Shown: positions 19,149 to 32,000 of the stretch, in pieces | How the letters are laid out: each line of letters starts with the position of its first letter | Position numbering within the stretch: position 1 is the first letter of the stretch | From: a virus | Taxonomy: Duplodnaviria > Caudoviricetes | Direction: 5' to 3' (one strand) | Length of the DNA: 64,000 bases | IMG/VR virus record: IMGVR_UViG_3300013426_000017 | Location: 111,407 to 175,406 of that record | Made by a program: the position numbers and the translations under genes | The notes under the pieces: model-generated | What the model saw: only the letters and a program-made list of their open reading frames with translations | Told to the model about the DNA's origin: nothing | Database searches by the model: none

Positions 19149-19541
19149 TTACTGTTTAGACTCTTTAACCGATGCTTCAATACGTTCAGTGATATAGGTT
19201 TGCAAGTCGCCAATCACCATCGGCAAATATTTATTGGCCTCATCGCCAAGCGTGCCTAGAACTGCATTATAAGTTTTATTAAACGCTTCTTTCTGTGCGT
19301 CAGCATCAAATGCGTTCTTCTCTTTCAACGATTCAACATAAGTCTGATTTGTTGCCGTAACGCACTTGACTATTGTATCATTGAGAATATCAAGATACTT
19401 CTGCGCCAACTCATTATCGGTCTGTGCCTTGATTTGATCTTTCTTCTGGGCGATATATTCAATAACGAACTTCGCCACAATGCCCAGCAAGGGCACAATA
19501 CATAATTCAAAAATCTGCTGTAATATAGATAACCAATCCAT
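19149..19541 (-). CDS. Holin (LL-H-like)
   Basis: MDWLSILQQIFELCIVPLLGIVAKF TM helix, then TIVKCVTATNQTYV..LK...F...KEA...IEASV. Confidence 0.7.
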   Translation of the reverse strand: MDWLSILQQIFELCIVPLLGIVAKFVIEYIAQKKDQIKAQTDNELAQKYLDILNDTIVKCVTATNQTYVESLKEKNAFDADAQKEAFNKTYNAVLGTLGDEANKYLPMVIGDLQTYITERIEASVKESKQ

Positions 19542-19555
19542 TAGATTATCCTCCT

Positions 19556-21874
19556 TTATATTTTGGTTAATTTCCAATTGGAACCATCATACACATATGG
19601 AATAGCTTGCTACCAACCGCTGTTAGAAGTAGCGCCAGTGTATATCCATACATGATAATCGCCCCAATCGGTACCATTATTTATCTTTACTGACCATTCA
19701 GGTTCCCAAATGGCATATAACGACATATTAGATGTCTATTCATAATTTGTTCCTGAAGAATAATTAGTTCCTGTGCCATCTGCAGATGTATTCCAAGCAA
19801 CGAATTTATAACCAACTCGTGATACATTTGGTGGGTTAAATTTAGCTTTAATTGTTGTCCATTCAGGATATAATGTTAAATTAGATGTAAGAGTATAAGT
19901 GCTACCACATCGCCAATAATCTACACCATCACCTGATGAAGCAACCGCACCGCTATAATTCTGATTCCAATAATTCTACTAGTATTGAATTGCATCTTTT
20001 ATCTAATACCTTGGTCCGTTAGCGACTGCGGTTGCAGAATAAGTATAACCAGAGGAAGGATAGTTATATGATACAATACTACCACCCGATAAATAATAAT
20101 TAGTATAGTATGTTGTACCATTAGAACGAGTATAAGTGGCATCTCGAATCTTGAGCTTATAATTAGTAGTGGTTGCAGAATAAGTGGTAGATGGTGAACC
20201 ATATCGACCGGGATTATAAGTTACAGTATATTCATTTGCTTGCCAAATTGCGTATAAAGTACCGGTATATCCCGCATCAAGTGCATCCATAGGAGCGTCA
20301 TAACTGGTACCAGTACCACTTGAATTTGTGTTCCATTCAATAAAAGTAGCAGAACTATTAACTGGCTAATAAGAATGATTTGTAGAATATCGAGTACTCG
20401 TGGTTGTGGTAGAACCATAACCATATTTTCGTTTAGTAACCTATTTCCAAGCCGATGAAGAAGCAATAGAATACCCGTTACCGTTTAATGAACAAGTAGT
20501 AGTTGTTGTTCCATCCCAAAGGGCATATAACGAACCAGCATATCCAGCTTCAAACGCGCTCTATGGATTAGAATAGACAACAGTATATGAACCACTTGAA
20601 GTGGCCCAGCCTTTAAAACTTGTATATCCCGAAGGAGCTGAAGGGGAATAAGAACCATTGGTATATGTAGTTCCACCACCGCTTGGAGTAGGTGATTCAC
20701 CATATAACCAAGCTTCAGCCGTCGTGCTTTTCGCAGTTGCGACAAAAGAACTAGAACAGTTATATAGAGTTATAGACTTGCTGCTAGCGCTTTTTTTGAA
20801 TACACACCAACGCTCTTTGTTATTATAGGTAGCAACCCAAGTGGAACTCGCAGTCTAATCTACTGACGTTGTATTTGGGGAAGATGCATAGCCAACAAAC
20901 GTGTATCCACTAATTGGTGGGTCCTGGCTACCGAGTGTATAATCTTGTGATTTATATTTGTCAGCGCTAGTCATTTCAAAAGTGCCAGTAGAACATAAAT
21001 GAACTTGCCAAGTGTATGATGGGGCCACAAAAGTTAAATAATTAGCTGTGCCTGAGTATGTAGCTGTCTAATTAGGAATAACTGTGCAATAATATAATTT
21101 ATAATATCGAGAAGTGCTAGTATCCTAATCCACTTTAAAATTACACGAAGTAGAATTAGCAGTAGACTCACTACGAACATAATAAGGACCAGTGGGATTG
21201 TTACCCACAAGCCATCGACCTGAATAAGAACTTTTTCCCTAAAAATATTGTGCACCAGAATATAAACCGTAGCCAAAAGTAGTTCGAGTTATGCTTGTAG
21301 GCTTGTATGTATTTACAGTAGGTTCTGTATAGTTGAAAGTCACTGAAAAACGAGACGCTGTAGATAAATTCCACTGGCACATAGCCGATGTATTCCAAGG
21401 ATAGGAAGCAATATAAATGTAAACTCCACTGGTATTAGCCGCAGACAAATTAAACTGTTTTGCAGAATAATTAAAAGTAACATTGCCAAAACTATCTACG
21501 GCTGCTGTTGGCGTAGTGGCGTAGACTAAAGTAGTATCGCCTAATTTTGTAGGACCTGAATTCATCCAACCAGAAGGCGTGTCTGTGGAAGCGGTAGAAA
21601 CAGACATATAACTACCCAGCTATTTCCCACTTGCAATACCCGAACAGCGTGCCAACTAAATGGTAAAATTAATATAATTAATTGTAACCTTTTGATTTTT
21701 TAAAGCGGTTGGGATTGGAACATAAAAGACTGCAACTGCACTACCACTACTACCGTATCCTACATAGCCGCCTCCACCTCCAGAATATTTTGTACCCCAA
21801 GTCCAACTTGATCCCACACCAGATTTACCATAAAATCCGGACAGGTTATTATGAGAATACGTTACTGAAGCCAT
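19556..21874 (-). CDS. Ser/Thr/Tyr-rich virion accessory/fibre protein with InlB-B (Listeria-Bacteroides)-like repeats (772 aa, multiple TAG)
   Basis: Track fragments 21656-21874, 21239-21607 and 20003-20290 share one frame. Repeats GY.F.GW/WNT..GTG..Y...LYA.W. C-terminus GW[TAG]QAIPYVYDGSNWK. Confidence 0.75.
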
Positions 21875-21888
21875 TTATTCACCCCACT

Positions 21889-22530
21889 TTACGCCAATTT
21901 AAAAAATATTTGTCCAGTGGTTCCACTTGAAGGTAGTGTAGAACCATATGAATTATTACCAATCACAATCTTAGCATTACTAGTAAATGTAGCGCTACTA
22001 TTAGTAAATGATACATTAGATTTTATGTTAGTCAGTCCATGAATATGATCAGCTCTAGCTACTTGGTTACTAGAACCTGCACTTGTGGTTTCGCCTAGAT
22101 TTGAGGCGCTACCAAAATTAGTAGACAAAGTTATATTGCCAGCTAAACTACTACCACCCTTTAATCCACTATTAGCATCCGTGACTATTTTTACAGTTTT
22201 TAATGCATAACTATTCTCAGAACCTAACTCTTCCCAGTTACTACCTAACCATACAAATTCACCATTACCATTGGATAATACAACATCGCCAATGGTCGGT
22301 GTAGATATAATACCAGTTGGCATATTTGATTGACCGTTTACCATGATATCAGTAGTCGAGCCTGCGAATTTCAACGCTTGAGATAAGCCTAAATTAGAAG
22401 CGGTAATAGTCACAGGCGTTGAGCCATTAAATTCTGAATCGCCAATAGTTAATGTATGATAAGTCTAAATACCTCGTGTGTCGCCATTAGGTAATTCAAC
22501 TTGATTTATAAAACTATCTATTTCTGTCAT
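21889..22530 (-). CDS. Tail-fibre-like protein (213 aa, 1 TAG)
   Basis: Extended upstream through TAG to ATG 22530. GDVV..GEFVWLGSNWEELG, ARADHIH, C-terminal YGSTLPSSGTTGQIFFK. Confidence 0.7.
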
Positions 22531-22540
22531 GTCTCACACC

Positions 22541-22945
22541 TCACTGCATTTTGGACCAGTCAAGTTCTTGTTGAACTTGATGTTCACCCACATTAGAATT
22601 AGAATAATATAAAAACTTTTCTTCGCTAACGCTCTCTTGTGGCTCTAATAATACTTCTGGCGTAAGCTGCGACAACTTTAATGCCTTATCCGAAAACTCT
22701 GCCTTGTTAACACAATTATCTTCTTTATATTTGAATTGTTGAAGCATACTTTTAAATACAATACGCTAATCAACATTGTCCCATTTAACATAAGTATAGG
22801 GATCATCATCTATAATAAACAATTCATTAGGTGCGGCATTTTTTATTACGTCATTAATAAATGCCTAACTCATCACACCTTTTTGGACCTTGTGGATTGT
22901 TAATCCATTAACTTGCGTGCTACTATTTGAATATTGCAATCCCAA
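22541..22945 (-). CDS. Hypothetical protein (2 TAG)
   Basis: TTG start after AGGAGG. In frame with track ORF 22541..22747. Confidence 0.55.
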
Positions 22946-22971
22946 TTAAATCATCCTCCTTTATAATATAA

Positions 22972-24246
22972 TTAAAAACAGAAACCGAAGGAAACGCCCT
23001 TCTCATGTTCATAGTATGGTGTTGCACTATGGTCGCCTGTGCTATCTATATATGCATAATAATGTTTATCTGTAAATGAAGACAACCACCAATCAATAGG
23101 TTCTCCATTCACTTTTTTTATTCTGCTATTACCTATAGCATAATACTCATAACGCGTACCTTCAGTATACCCGGTGCTATAAGTATTGCCACCAATTTCG
23201 GTCTCAGAAAATACAAACAAAATTTCCGTATTATTATGACCATGCAATCTTTTAATTATCGGTTTAAGGCGACTCTATAAGCTATCTGGCATAATGGTTT
23301 TATCAACACTAATGACACGCTTACTCAAAACAGTTAAGCAGTTATGTAGCTAAAAAGTTAATGGCGCTATACCACCAGTTTCATAAATATCATGATATTT
23401 CCCAATAATATCAATTTGCTACTTGACTCCAGCAATTATCATCATTTTACTATCTCCAACTTTCCAACCCACTGGAACCATATTCAATTCACATGCTGTT
23501 GCAATATCTTCCCAAGAATTTTCAGAAAATATTGGAGACAAAATTGGGCCAGGTTTATTAGTAAATGTAAAAAATGCAGGATTCTTATTAGTCTATCCCA
23601 AGAAATCTACATCCTATTCTACCCATATACCGTTAATTTTTTGATATACATTAGAACATTCAACCCATTCCCCGTTTTGTTTCACAGATAAAAAGACAGG
23701 CTCATAATCTACGTTAATAAATAACTAATCTAAAGAAAGCGCGCCAGATTTTGCTGAACTAGAGGCTTCATGAACACCACTAATTTGCAATGTCATTGGC
23801 CCAAAATTTTGTAAACTATCAATATAGGTATTTGTTGAACCAACACCACGAGAATAATTAGCTAAAATACGCGCATTCGTTTGATTAGAGTTTAATAATA
23901 ATTGCCGAGTTAATATGCTGCTACCGGAAGCATTGGTAAATGAATTAGACAACAAGTCTAAAGTGGTATCAATGGTACCCGTAGTTAGATTTTTACCAGA
24001 ACTATAAATACCTTCTATACCAATATTTGTGATATGAAAACTAAAACAATCAGGCTTTGTACTCTCATCTAATGCCAACTATAATTTAATAGTGCCATTA
24101 GATTCTGCTTTGCCTTTCATATAAATATATTCATCATCCAAATTAACAAGTGCCGCCGCACAAGACATATTAGAATTACTTTTTTCCCAATCACCAATAC
24201 TGCTTACATCAATATCAGAAACAGGCCGAAAAATCATTGTTGCCAT
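22972..24246 (-). CDS. Virion accessory protein with C-terminal DUF6273-like domain (424 aa, multiple TAG)
   Basis: WKVGDSK..IIGKYHD..GGIAPLTF[TAG]L...LFVFSETEI..YEYY..WWLSS..GVSFGFCF. Confidence 0.65.
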
Positions 24247-24264
24247 TTTAATCTACCCTCACTT

Positions 24265-25716
24265 TTAACCAGATTTTAACTATAAATAAATATCACCATC
24301 ATTACCTAAATAACTAGACGGAGCGGTTTTTTCAACATAGTAAGTATTATATTCAGTAGAAATATTAGCTGTAACAGTACCAGTCCCATCATGATAGCCT
24401 TTAGGTATAGTATAAACGCCACCCTGTTCTGTAATTTGACCAGTGATATTTTGATTATTTGGCATAGAACCTACCCCATGTTTGATAATTCGATCGCTGT
24501 TATTATCATCATGCATATAAAATTCAGTGCCCATAACGACCAAACCAGTTAATTCACTCGTGGCATTTAAATCACTATCACAGAAGTATAATTTGCTAGT
24601 ATCAATGGTTACTTGAGCCATTCCTTGATAATCAGTATCAGGCAATACATTATAACTATTCCCTGTTGCAAACGTGCTACCAGTAGGAGCAATTGATTTG
24701 TTTTCTTGCAAATTAATTGTGCTACCTACTGGTACATTAACAATTATACTATCATAATAATTGCCATTTGCATCATAAGTAGCAATTGTTCCATTCGCTG
24801 TAATGCTAGGTGCAGTAGAATTACTACCTAATATTACACTGCCTAAGCCATTATGATAACCCTTGCCAATAGTATAAGACTTGGTAGAATGATTTAAAGT
24901 GGCGCTGACCGCTCCGTGATTTGCCATGCTGCCATACACTGGGCGCAAAGCGTGGGCGCCATGTGCTTCACTAATCTAATAACCGCGTACGCCAGCCAAA
25001 ATATATTCATTAGCCTGCTCTTGATCAGTCTCCTCCGCTAATATAGCAAATAAATTGGTGGTGTCGATAACTACCTCTGTCATGCCGTCATAGCCACTAT
25101 CTGGCCTAATGATTTTTGAAACATTAGATGCCGCAGCGTTATCTATATTAACTGTCTTGCTAACCTGAATATTGCTTGCCCCACTGCCGCCACTATTTGG
25201 CACCGCAATAGTAAATGATTTGAACCACTTACCATCTACCGCAGTAACCGTTGTGTTACTGGTAAATGTCTGACCATTACGACTATCTAACGGAACTGGA
25301 TTAATGGTTACTGAAGATAAATAATCATAACCAGCAGAAGGAGTAATAATTTTCGTGGCGCCGCTGGGCGTTGCGGTAACAGCCTGCGCATTAATGGCCT
25401 CCGAGCTGGATCCCGCCACATTTACAATTACTTTATTAAATATCTAACCATTCTCTGGGCCATATGTGCCATTTGCAGTAATGGTCTTGGTAGTAACCTT
25501 GTTACTAAATGCTACACTGCCAGAACTGGTCTTATAGCTCGATGACAAGGTGCCGCTAGGAATTGAGACAGCGGCACTAACTTGGGGAACACCATTTGCA
25601 TCTAACGTCAAACTTGGTGTAATCCCAATCTATGTCTTGTCCATTTCAACTGTGCCGGAAGCGGGCATTGATACCGCAACCATGCCAGCTGAAGTTCCAC
25701 CTCCTAAATATATCAT
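24265..25716 (-). CDS. Tail-fibre-like repeat protein (483 aa, multiple TAG)
   Basis: Repeats ITPSAGYDYLSSVT / RPDSGYDGMTEV / PDTDYQGMAQV and TI.KGYH.G.G.V. C-terminus APSSYLGNDGDIYL. Confidence 0.72.
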
Positions 25717-25919
25717 GAGTTATTCACACTCCATGTCTTAATTGTTACAGGATAATCCTCGGCATATGAGGCTGCTAACTTGGCTCTTTTATCAGACTAC
25801 ACGTCCACATAAAAATAATAATGATTTTTATTATCATGCGCCACATAGCAATAACCTTCATGTATTTCTTTCTGCTCCAATCCACTTTCTGGGCCTTTAG
25901 CTATCTTAAATAATGCCAT
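25713..25919 (-). CDS. Small fibre-adaptor-like protein (68 aa, 1 TAG)
   Basis: MALFKIAKGPESGLEQKEIHEGYCYVAHD... RBS AGGAGG. TGA overlaps the next ATG. Confidence 0.65.
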
Positions 25920-25942
25920 AATCAATCCCTCCTATACATTAT

Positions 25943-25994
25943 ATTATATAATAAAAAATTGGGTGAGTCAAGCCCAAATAGGCAAGACTCACCC
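25943..25994 (-). promoter_or_regulatory. Terminator hairpin overlapping a sigmaA promoter
   Basis: Hairpin GGGTGAGTC...GACTCACCC plus T run. Its arm supplies TTGACT-17-TATAAT upstream of 25919. Confidence 0.65.
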
Positions 25995-26125
25995 TTAAAT
26001 ATATAGTAATCCCTATAGCAATGAGATTTAAATTACTAATTGTGAATCAAGACGATATCTTACCTTTTCTTAACTCATTAAACTATGAAAATTACACGAT
26101 ATCGTCTATCATCTTTTGTCCAAAA

Positions 26126-26752
26126 TTATACATCATACCAATAGGTCTGTTGTAAACTGGTTAATTGATTTATCTGAGCTTGTAGATGTTCCAACTCATT
26201 CGGCGTCACCTTATACTCACTTGGTGGTGTATCATCATCTTCAGCTATAATACTATCAAATACATCCATACCATAGAGAATAGAGGATATATTGGGCTTA
26301 AGGTTGAGCTTATAATCAAATTCAACTGAGCCATCTGGATTCTTATTCAAGCGATAGAACATCATAGTAAATTTAATTTTACCCGATGCTGATGTGGCGA
26401 GGCCACTTATCGGCCATGCGAATACTAGCATTCTATCTTCAGTGAATAGATTGTAGCCCTCAACGCAATAGATGTATTGCTTCTTATTAGCCGTCTCATA
26501 CATGATGATACAATCGGCGGTCGCCAAATCCACGTCACCAAAATATCTATCTACTTTAAAATAAATAGTTTCTGCTCGATGGTCTTTCTCAACACTCAAG
26601 CATTCCGGAACATCAATAGTTCTCTTATTTAAATCAATTGGATGGCAATCATCTAATGTGATATTGTATTTAATCCAATTACCGTCATCATCTTTTTGCC
26701 ATTTCCAAAAGGGGTCAACAAACCTTGGGGAATCATTAAGACTGGTATTCAT
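26126..26752 (-). CDS. Baseplate upper protein (BppU N-terminal-like)
   Basis: DH.AETIYFKVDRYFGDVDL...FAWPI...SGKIKF. TAG-free. Confidence 0.6.
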   Translation of the reverse strand: MNTSLNDSPRFVDPFWKWQKDDDGNWIKYNITLDDCHPIDLNKRTIDVPECLSVEKDHRAETIYFKVDRYFGDVDLATADCIIMYETANKKQYIYCVEGYNLFTEDRMLVFAWPISGLATSASGKIKFTMMFYRLNKNPDGSVEFDYKLNLKPNISSILYGMDVFDSIIAEDDDTPPSEYKVTPNELEHLQAQINQLTSLQQTYWYDV

Positions 26753-26777
26753 AATCCATACCTCCCATCTTTAATGA

Positions 26778-28718
26778 TTAACCTTCAACAGTAGCAAAAT
26801 TAATTGTTAATGTCTTAAATTTATCGCTATCCCAAGAAATCACGCCGATATCTTGAGTCGCGCCAGGTATTGCTTTCTTGCCAGTAATTGCAAGCTTAAA
26901 ATTAGCAATACTATTTATCTCCGCCAAGTCAGCTTTCTTTAGTGTGGCGACGATGACGCCATTCTCAATAGCCATTATGCCCTGCGAATTGGTTAATGCG
27001 TCCAATGTGCCTGCATCATTTACCCTATACCACTGGTACGAATACTGATTATAATTGCCTGAAACAGTGAAACGCCAGTCGACATCTCTCTTGTCTTGAG
27101 GATTCATGTTAATGCTTGTTTTATTATTTAGACTATCTGCTACTGGCATCGTCACAGGCTGATAGATAATGACATCCTCAGAGGTCTTAGACTTTATGGC
27201 GCCGTTCTTGGTATGCGACACAGTGGCCTACCAATAGCCCTCCGCATCAGCTGACTGACTAGATTCAATACCCTTGTTTTCATATTCTGCGCCATCAGCA
27301 AATGTCTTGTATTCCCATTGATACGAGGATACAGCGCGATCATTCTTATTCTCTTCATTCACAATCTTTAATTCTGCGCCAACTATCTGCGCCTCACTAT
27401 TGGATAACGCAAATGTAAAATCTTCAGGGGCTTTAACGGTAATTTTACCAATCTTGTATACTTCATTTTCTAAACCATCAATGTCAGTAAAATATTCAGG
27501 GCGAGTATAGCCATACTGGCTATTCTTCGCCAAGCAGCGATATTCGCCAGTCACATCGCCTACACTAGGTAAGGTCGCCATGCCCATGATGGTATAGTAG
27601 TTGCCACTAGCAACAGTCGATGAGGTAACGCCTTCGGCCAAGACATATTTATATTTGCCATTAACTTGCTCCTTGGTGTAATACTCCATACCCTCATCCC
27701 AAAAGGATACAGGAACATAGGCATACGAATTTGTGGCGCCTTCGCTATAAGCTGCGCCAGTTGTAGTCCATTCATAACGAATCGTGCCGCTATTACTCTT
27801 CGCCCAGACATAATAAGTATCGCCAGCATCGGCATCGTCAATATTAAAATTGCCGACATTAGCGACCTTGCCATTGGTCATCTTGGCATAACGAACAACA
27901 TACTCGGGTAAATCAACGTCGTTCACCGTCTTATTAGTAGCTGGTGAACTACGCAGACGCTTAAACACCGCTTCATGGACTTCGCCCGAGGATTTAAACT
28001 CTGGTTCAATCTTATCTTCACCAGCAGCTTCCAAATTGAAATTCATACTAGGATTGATAACAACATTAGTTACCAAAGTAGCAAAGCTAGACTCAAGTTG
28101 GCCATCTTCGCTCAAGCTATATAAACGAATAGAAAACTTGACAATACCAGCCTTCTCAGTTGCCTTATCGGTTAATACCCAGCCAATAATTAATTTTTCA
28201 TCATCATCAGACAATATCTTTGTCCAAGCGGGGGAATAGCATTTCTCACCCTTGGCATTAATCCATTCTACTATTGCCTTGATATTCGATTGAGCAAAGT
28301 CAGTAGTATCAAAGTATCTATCAATAGTAAAATACAAGCTCTCAACGAAATGGTCGCCCTCAACGCCAACACCATTGCGCGCAAACTCTTGAGGAATGCC
28401 AATCTTACGCGAGTTAGCATCAATAACAAAATCATTCTCGCCAAATGGAATAATGAATAATTTATCATTATATAACTTGGCATCATAGCCCTTGTTATTT
28501 GACACAACAGTTTTTACTACCTTAGCGAGTATTTCTAATACAGAAAAATATTCATCAATCGAAGTTACACGAACCTTGCCGTCATCTGTTAATTTTAACG
28601 TTTCACTTAACTTTTTTTTATCATCAGCAGATACGTAGTCAGAATTTAATACCTAAGTTACTTTCTCATACAGTTTCTGATATTCGGATTTATTGCTACT
28701 AGTTTCCTTTGTAATCAT
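26778..28718 (-). CDS. BppU-like baseplate protein with Ig-like domains (646 aa, TAG at 27228 and near 28654)
   Basis: GDHFVESLYFTIDRYFDTTD..IGW..AGIVKFSIR, then YEW/YQW..GEYRC Ig-like motifs. Confidence 0.65.
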
Positions 28719-28821
28719 ACGCTTTCAAATCCTTTCTATTAGATTGGGCAAGACTGAATGACCAATCTTGCCCTAATATATTTATAATTTAAATCAATAT
28801 AATTAATTTAAATTGCCCGTA

Positions 28822-29025
28822 TCATCGAGATACTTCATACCATTGGGATGCATCTGCCTCTGGTACAGTCGTACTCTGACAAAACATTACTCCATCTTTT
28901 GTAAGCTATTTACCATCATCTGCAATAAGTCTTATTAAACGAATATAATAAATATCCTCAAGATGGACAGGGGAAGTAATAATTCCATTAGTCCCCATAT
29001 ATTGATATAAAACTTCAGTTATCAT
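28822..29025 (-). CDS. Small hypothetical virion protein (67 aa, 1 TAG)
   Basis: MITEVLYQYMGTNGIITSPVHLE..RLIADDGK[TAG]LTKDG..WYEV. RBS AGGAGG. Confidence 0.65.
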
Positions 29026-29043
29026 ATTACATCCTCCTTTAGC

Positions 29044-32000
29044 TTAATTTATTAATGTAATGGGATTTTTAGGGCTACCATAACGGCCATAGCCAAAGAA
29101 ATTACCTAAGGTGGTTGTAATCGTAATACCACTAACCGTCTAGCTAAATTTCTACGAAAGATCAACATTATTACCCCAAGTTGGCGTCCCATAAAAATAA
29201 ATATCTTCATATTTATATCCAGAGTTCTAGCCAATTGCCAACATTTCTGATGTATCTTGTAATAGAGAACCACCATTTGGGCCGTATGCATAACTTGAAA
29301 AATGATTTAACAAACTGGAATCAATAGATAGTTGCGATGGAGATTGACTAGACCCGACGCATAACGTATAATTTGCAAAATCGTTCCAAGCCATACCTTC
29401 ACATCCAATTTCTTTTACTGAACCTGGGATTGTAAAAATCGCCCCGCTATCGGTGTGTGTAAATGCAGCAGCAAAAGCGCTAGGATAAATAACCTAAACT
29501 GAAGACCCTAAGCCATAATTAAGTTTTAAGTTGTGCACCATATTAAATGCAAATGCGCCGATACTATACAACATTGGTAGATTATCAAAATCAAAATATT
29601 CTAAACGTTCGCAACGCCTAAAAGCGCCAGTATCAATACGTTTAAGAGGATGATTCTTCTCAAAAAAGACATACGTGACATATGCCGCCAATGCCTAATC
29701 CACACTAGTACTGTGGCCAAAACCAGCTATATTTATAATATCTTGTCCATTATATTGCGAAGGTATGGTAATTTTCCCATAAGGCGGATTGTACGGATTC
29801 GGACTTACACTGTACCCTGAATACTAAATACCATCAACAGTGATTGGTGATGTTAATAGCGTGAAGGTAAAATAACTATCATCTGTAATTGTTTGATAAA
29901 CATTTTCTAAAACATACGCTGCATAAAATGTATTATCTTCAGTAATTGCAATTTTACTAAAGTCTACTAAGGCGGCAGAATGCTCATTATTATAAATATT
30001 TGTTGTATTATTACCCGCAATTGTGCGCGTATAGCCAATAAATCGAGTACGATCTTCCAATTTTAAATGCTAATGTACATTCTACAAATTCGCAATTGGA
30101 GCATGTAGCGTAGTACCATGCACTGCTTCATAATCAATAGTAGCGCCGCCAAGTGTCAAAGCCTATTGTGGCCGCATAGCATTACCATTAGCATTTACAG
30201 GAACTTGCATGAATGACACTTTCCATTTGTGATCTTGGAAAACTGCATAGAAGGTATAATCATACACATCTTGGGTTAATCTTAACTCATCCCATTTACG
30301 AATAGATTCACTGTTCCCCAGTAAGTCTATCCAAATCTTATCATAAGATAATACCAAATGCTCGCTATCATTGGCGCTGCCCCAGCCCAAAAAGTCCTAA
30401 GCCGGCCGCTAATTGTTGATATAGCTAGACTGGAAAAGGCGTTCACCATTATCAGCTCGATCGAATGGGCTTGTAAAGAATTTAGTATCACTATAATCAG
30501 CCGCATTAATACGTTCAGTACCAATAACAGTTTGAGTTATTAACATTTCACCATCAGAACCCAAAGTTTCTTCCTAAATAACAAATTTTGCCACATAACC
30601 CTTATTAACATTCTTAAAGAATAAATGTAAATTAGGATAATTAACAGATAATTCGTTATAAATAGTGCCTTCATCTACAGCGGTTTCATTATCAATATAA
30701 ACATAGCCAGAAATATTAGGCACTGTAGAATCTTCAACCGAACTTACAAATATTGAATTATCAATTAGATTTTTAAATAAGTCAATATCAGTAATATTCA
30801 CACTATCTAATTTTTTAGACTCATCATACTCATATAATTGGTTATTATTTAAATACCGTTTCCAAGAACTCTTATCTGCTGTATAATCAGCTTCGGTATA
30901 AACAGCTAATCCATAGTGGCCATTATCATAATAATAATTTCCACTAGTATCAACTGGTAAATCAGTGTCTGTTACCAAAACATAAGGACTCCACTATACA
31001 CTAGTTAAATCAATTTGTCGTTTAATCTTATCTTCATTCTTGCAAGCGTTATAATACTTGTTTAACAAAGCATAAGAATAATAACCTAAATTACCGCCAT
31101 TAATTGACAAACTGGTTAGCGCGGGCACAATAGAGTCTTCGCCCTTATCTTCCCAGTCAGTTAATCCAGCAATATACAATCCTGGTTCGGCTAATAAAGT
31201 CTAATCCAATTGCAATTCAGGTATTTTATATTCTTCAATTAAATTTGTTAATAAACGAGCTTCAGTTAAGTTGAGACCCCTCGTCGTATTAGATAAATAC
31301 AAAGTATTTAATGCTACACCTTCTGCAAATGTAACGCCAACAATGTTGGAACCCGTATCTCTAAACACTTGCAATTTAGGGCTCTTAGATAAATCAAATG
31401 TAATATTTTCATTCTTAAACTTGATATTACATAGATTAATTTCTCTAACCAAAGGCAAACCGTTACTACCAGTTATATTCCAAGCATTAACATTTTCGTT
31501 TTTATATGGACGATTACCTTCATCAAGTCCATCATAGCCCAAACACAAATCAGTTAATTTATTGGCGGAACCACTTAATACAAACTCTTGGAAATAAAGT
31601 TTACTCAAGTCACCCAGTGAACGCATCTAATCTAAACCATAGATGTAATACAATTGTTCACGATAGTTCTTAGATTGACGAACGCCATTCTCTAAGTCAA
31701 TTGCACTAAAACGAATTGGTGTACCCGTATATTTTAAAGATGGGAAGTTCGCTGTATCGGTACCAACAGTGACATACATATCACGAACAGGAGTCATAGT
31801 AATCCAATATTCACCATCAAACATATGAGTTTTGACATTATCAGATGTCCAATAATTTTCTTCATTCTCGCCTTCAACCCAAAGGTCAGAAGTGTCAATA
31901 CTATTATTTGCCGAAATTCGAGAACGAATATTGTTAGCACCATTGCGTTCATAGTTACCCACAGTTAACCATGAATCAATATAATTTAAACGATTTATTA

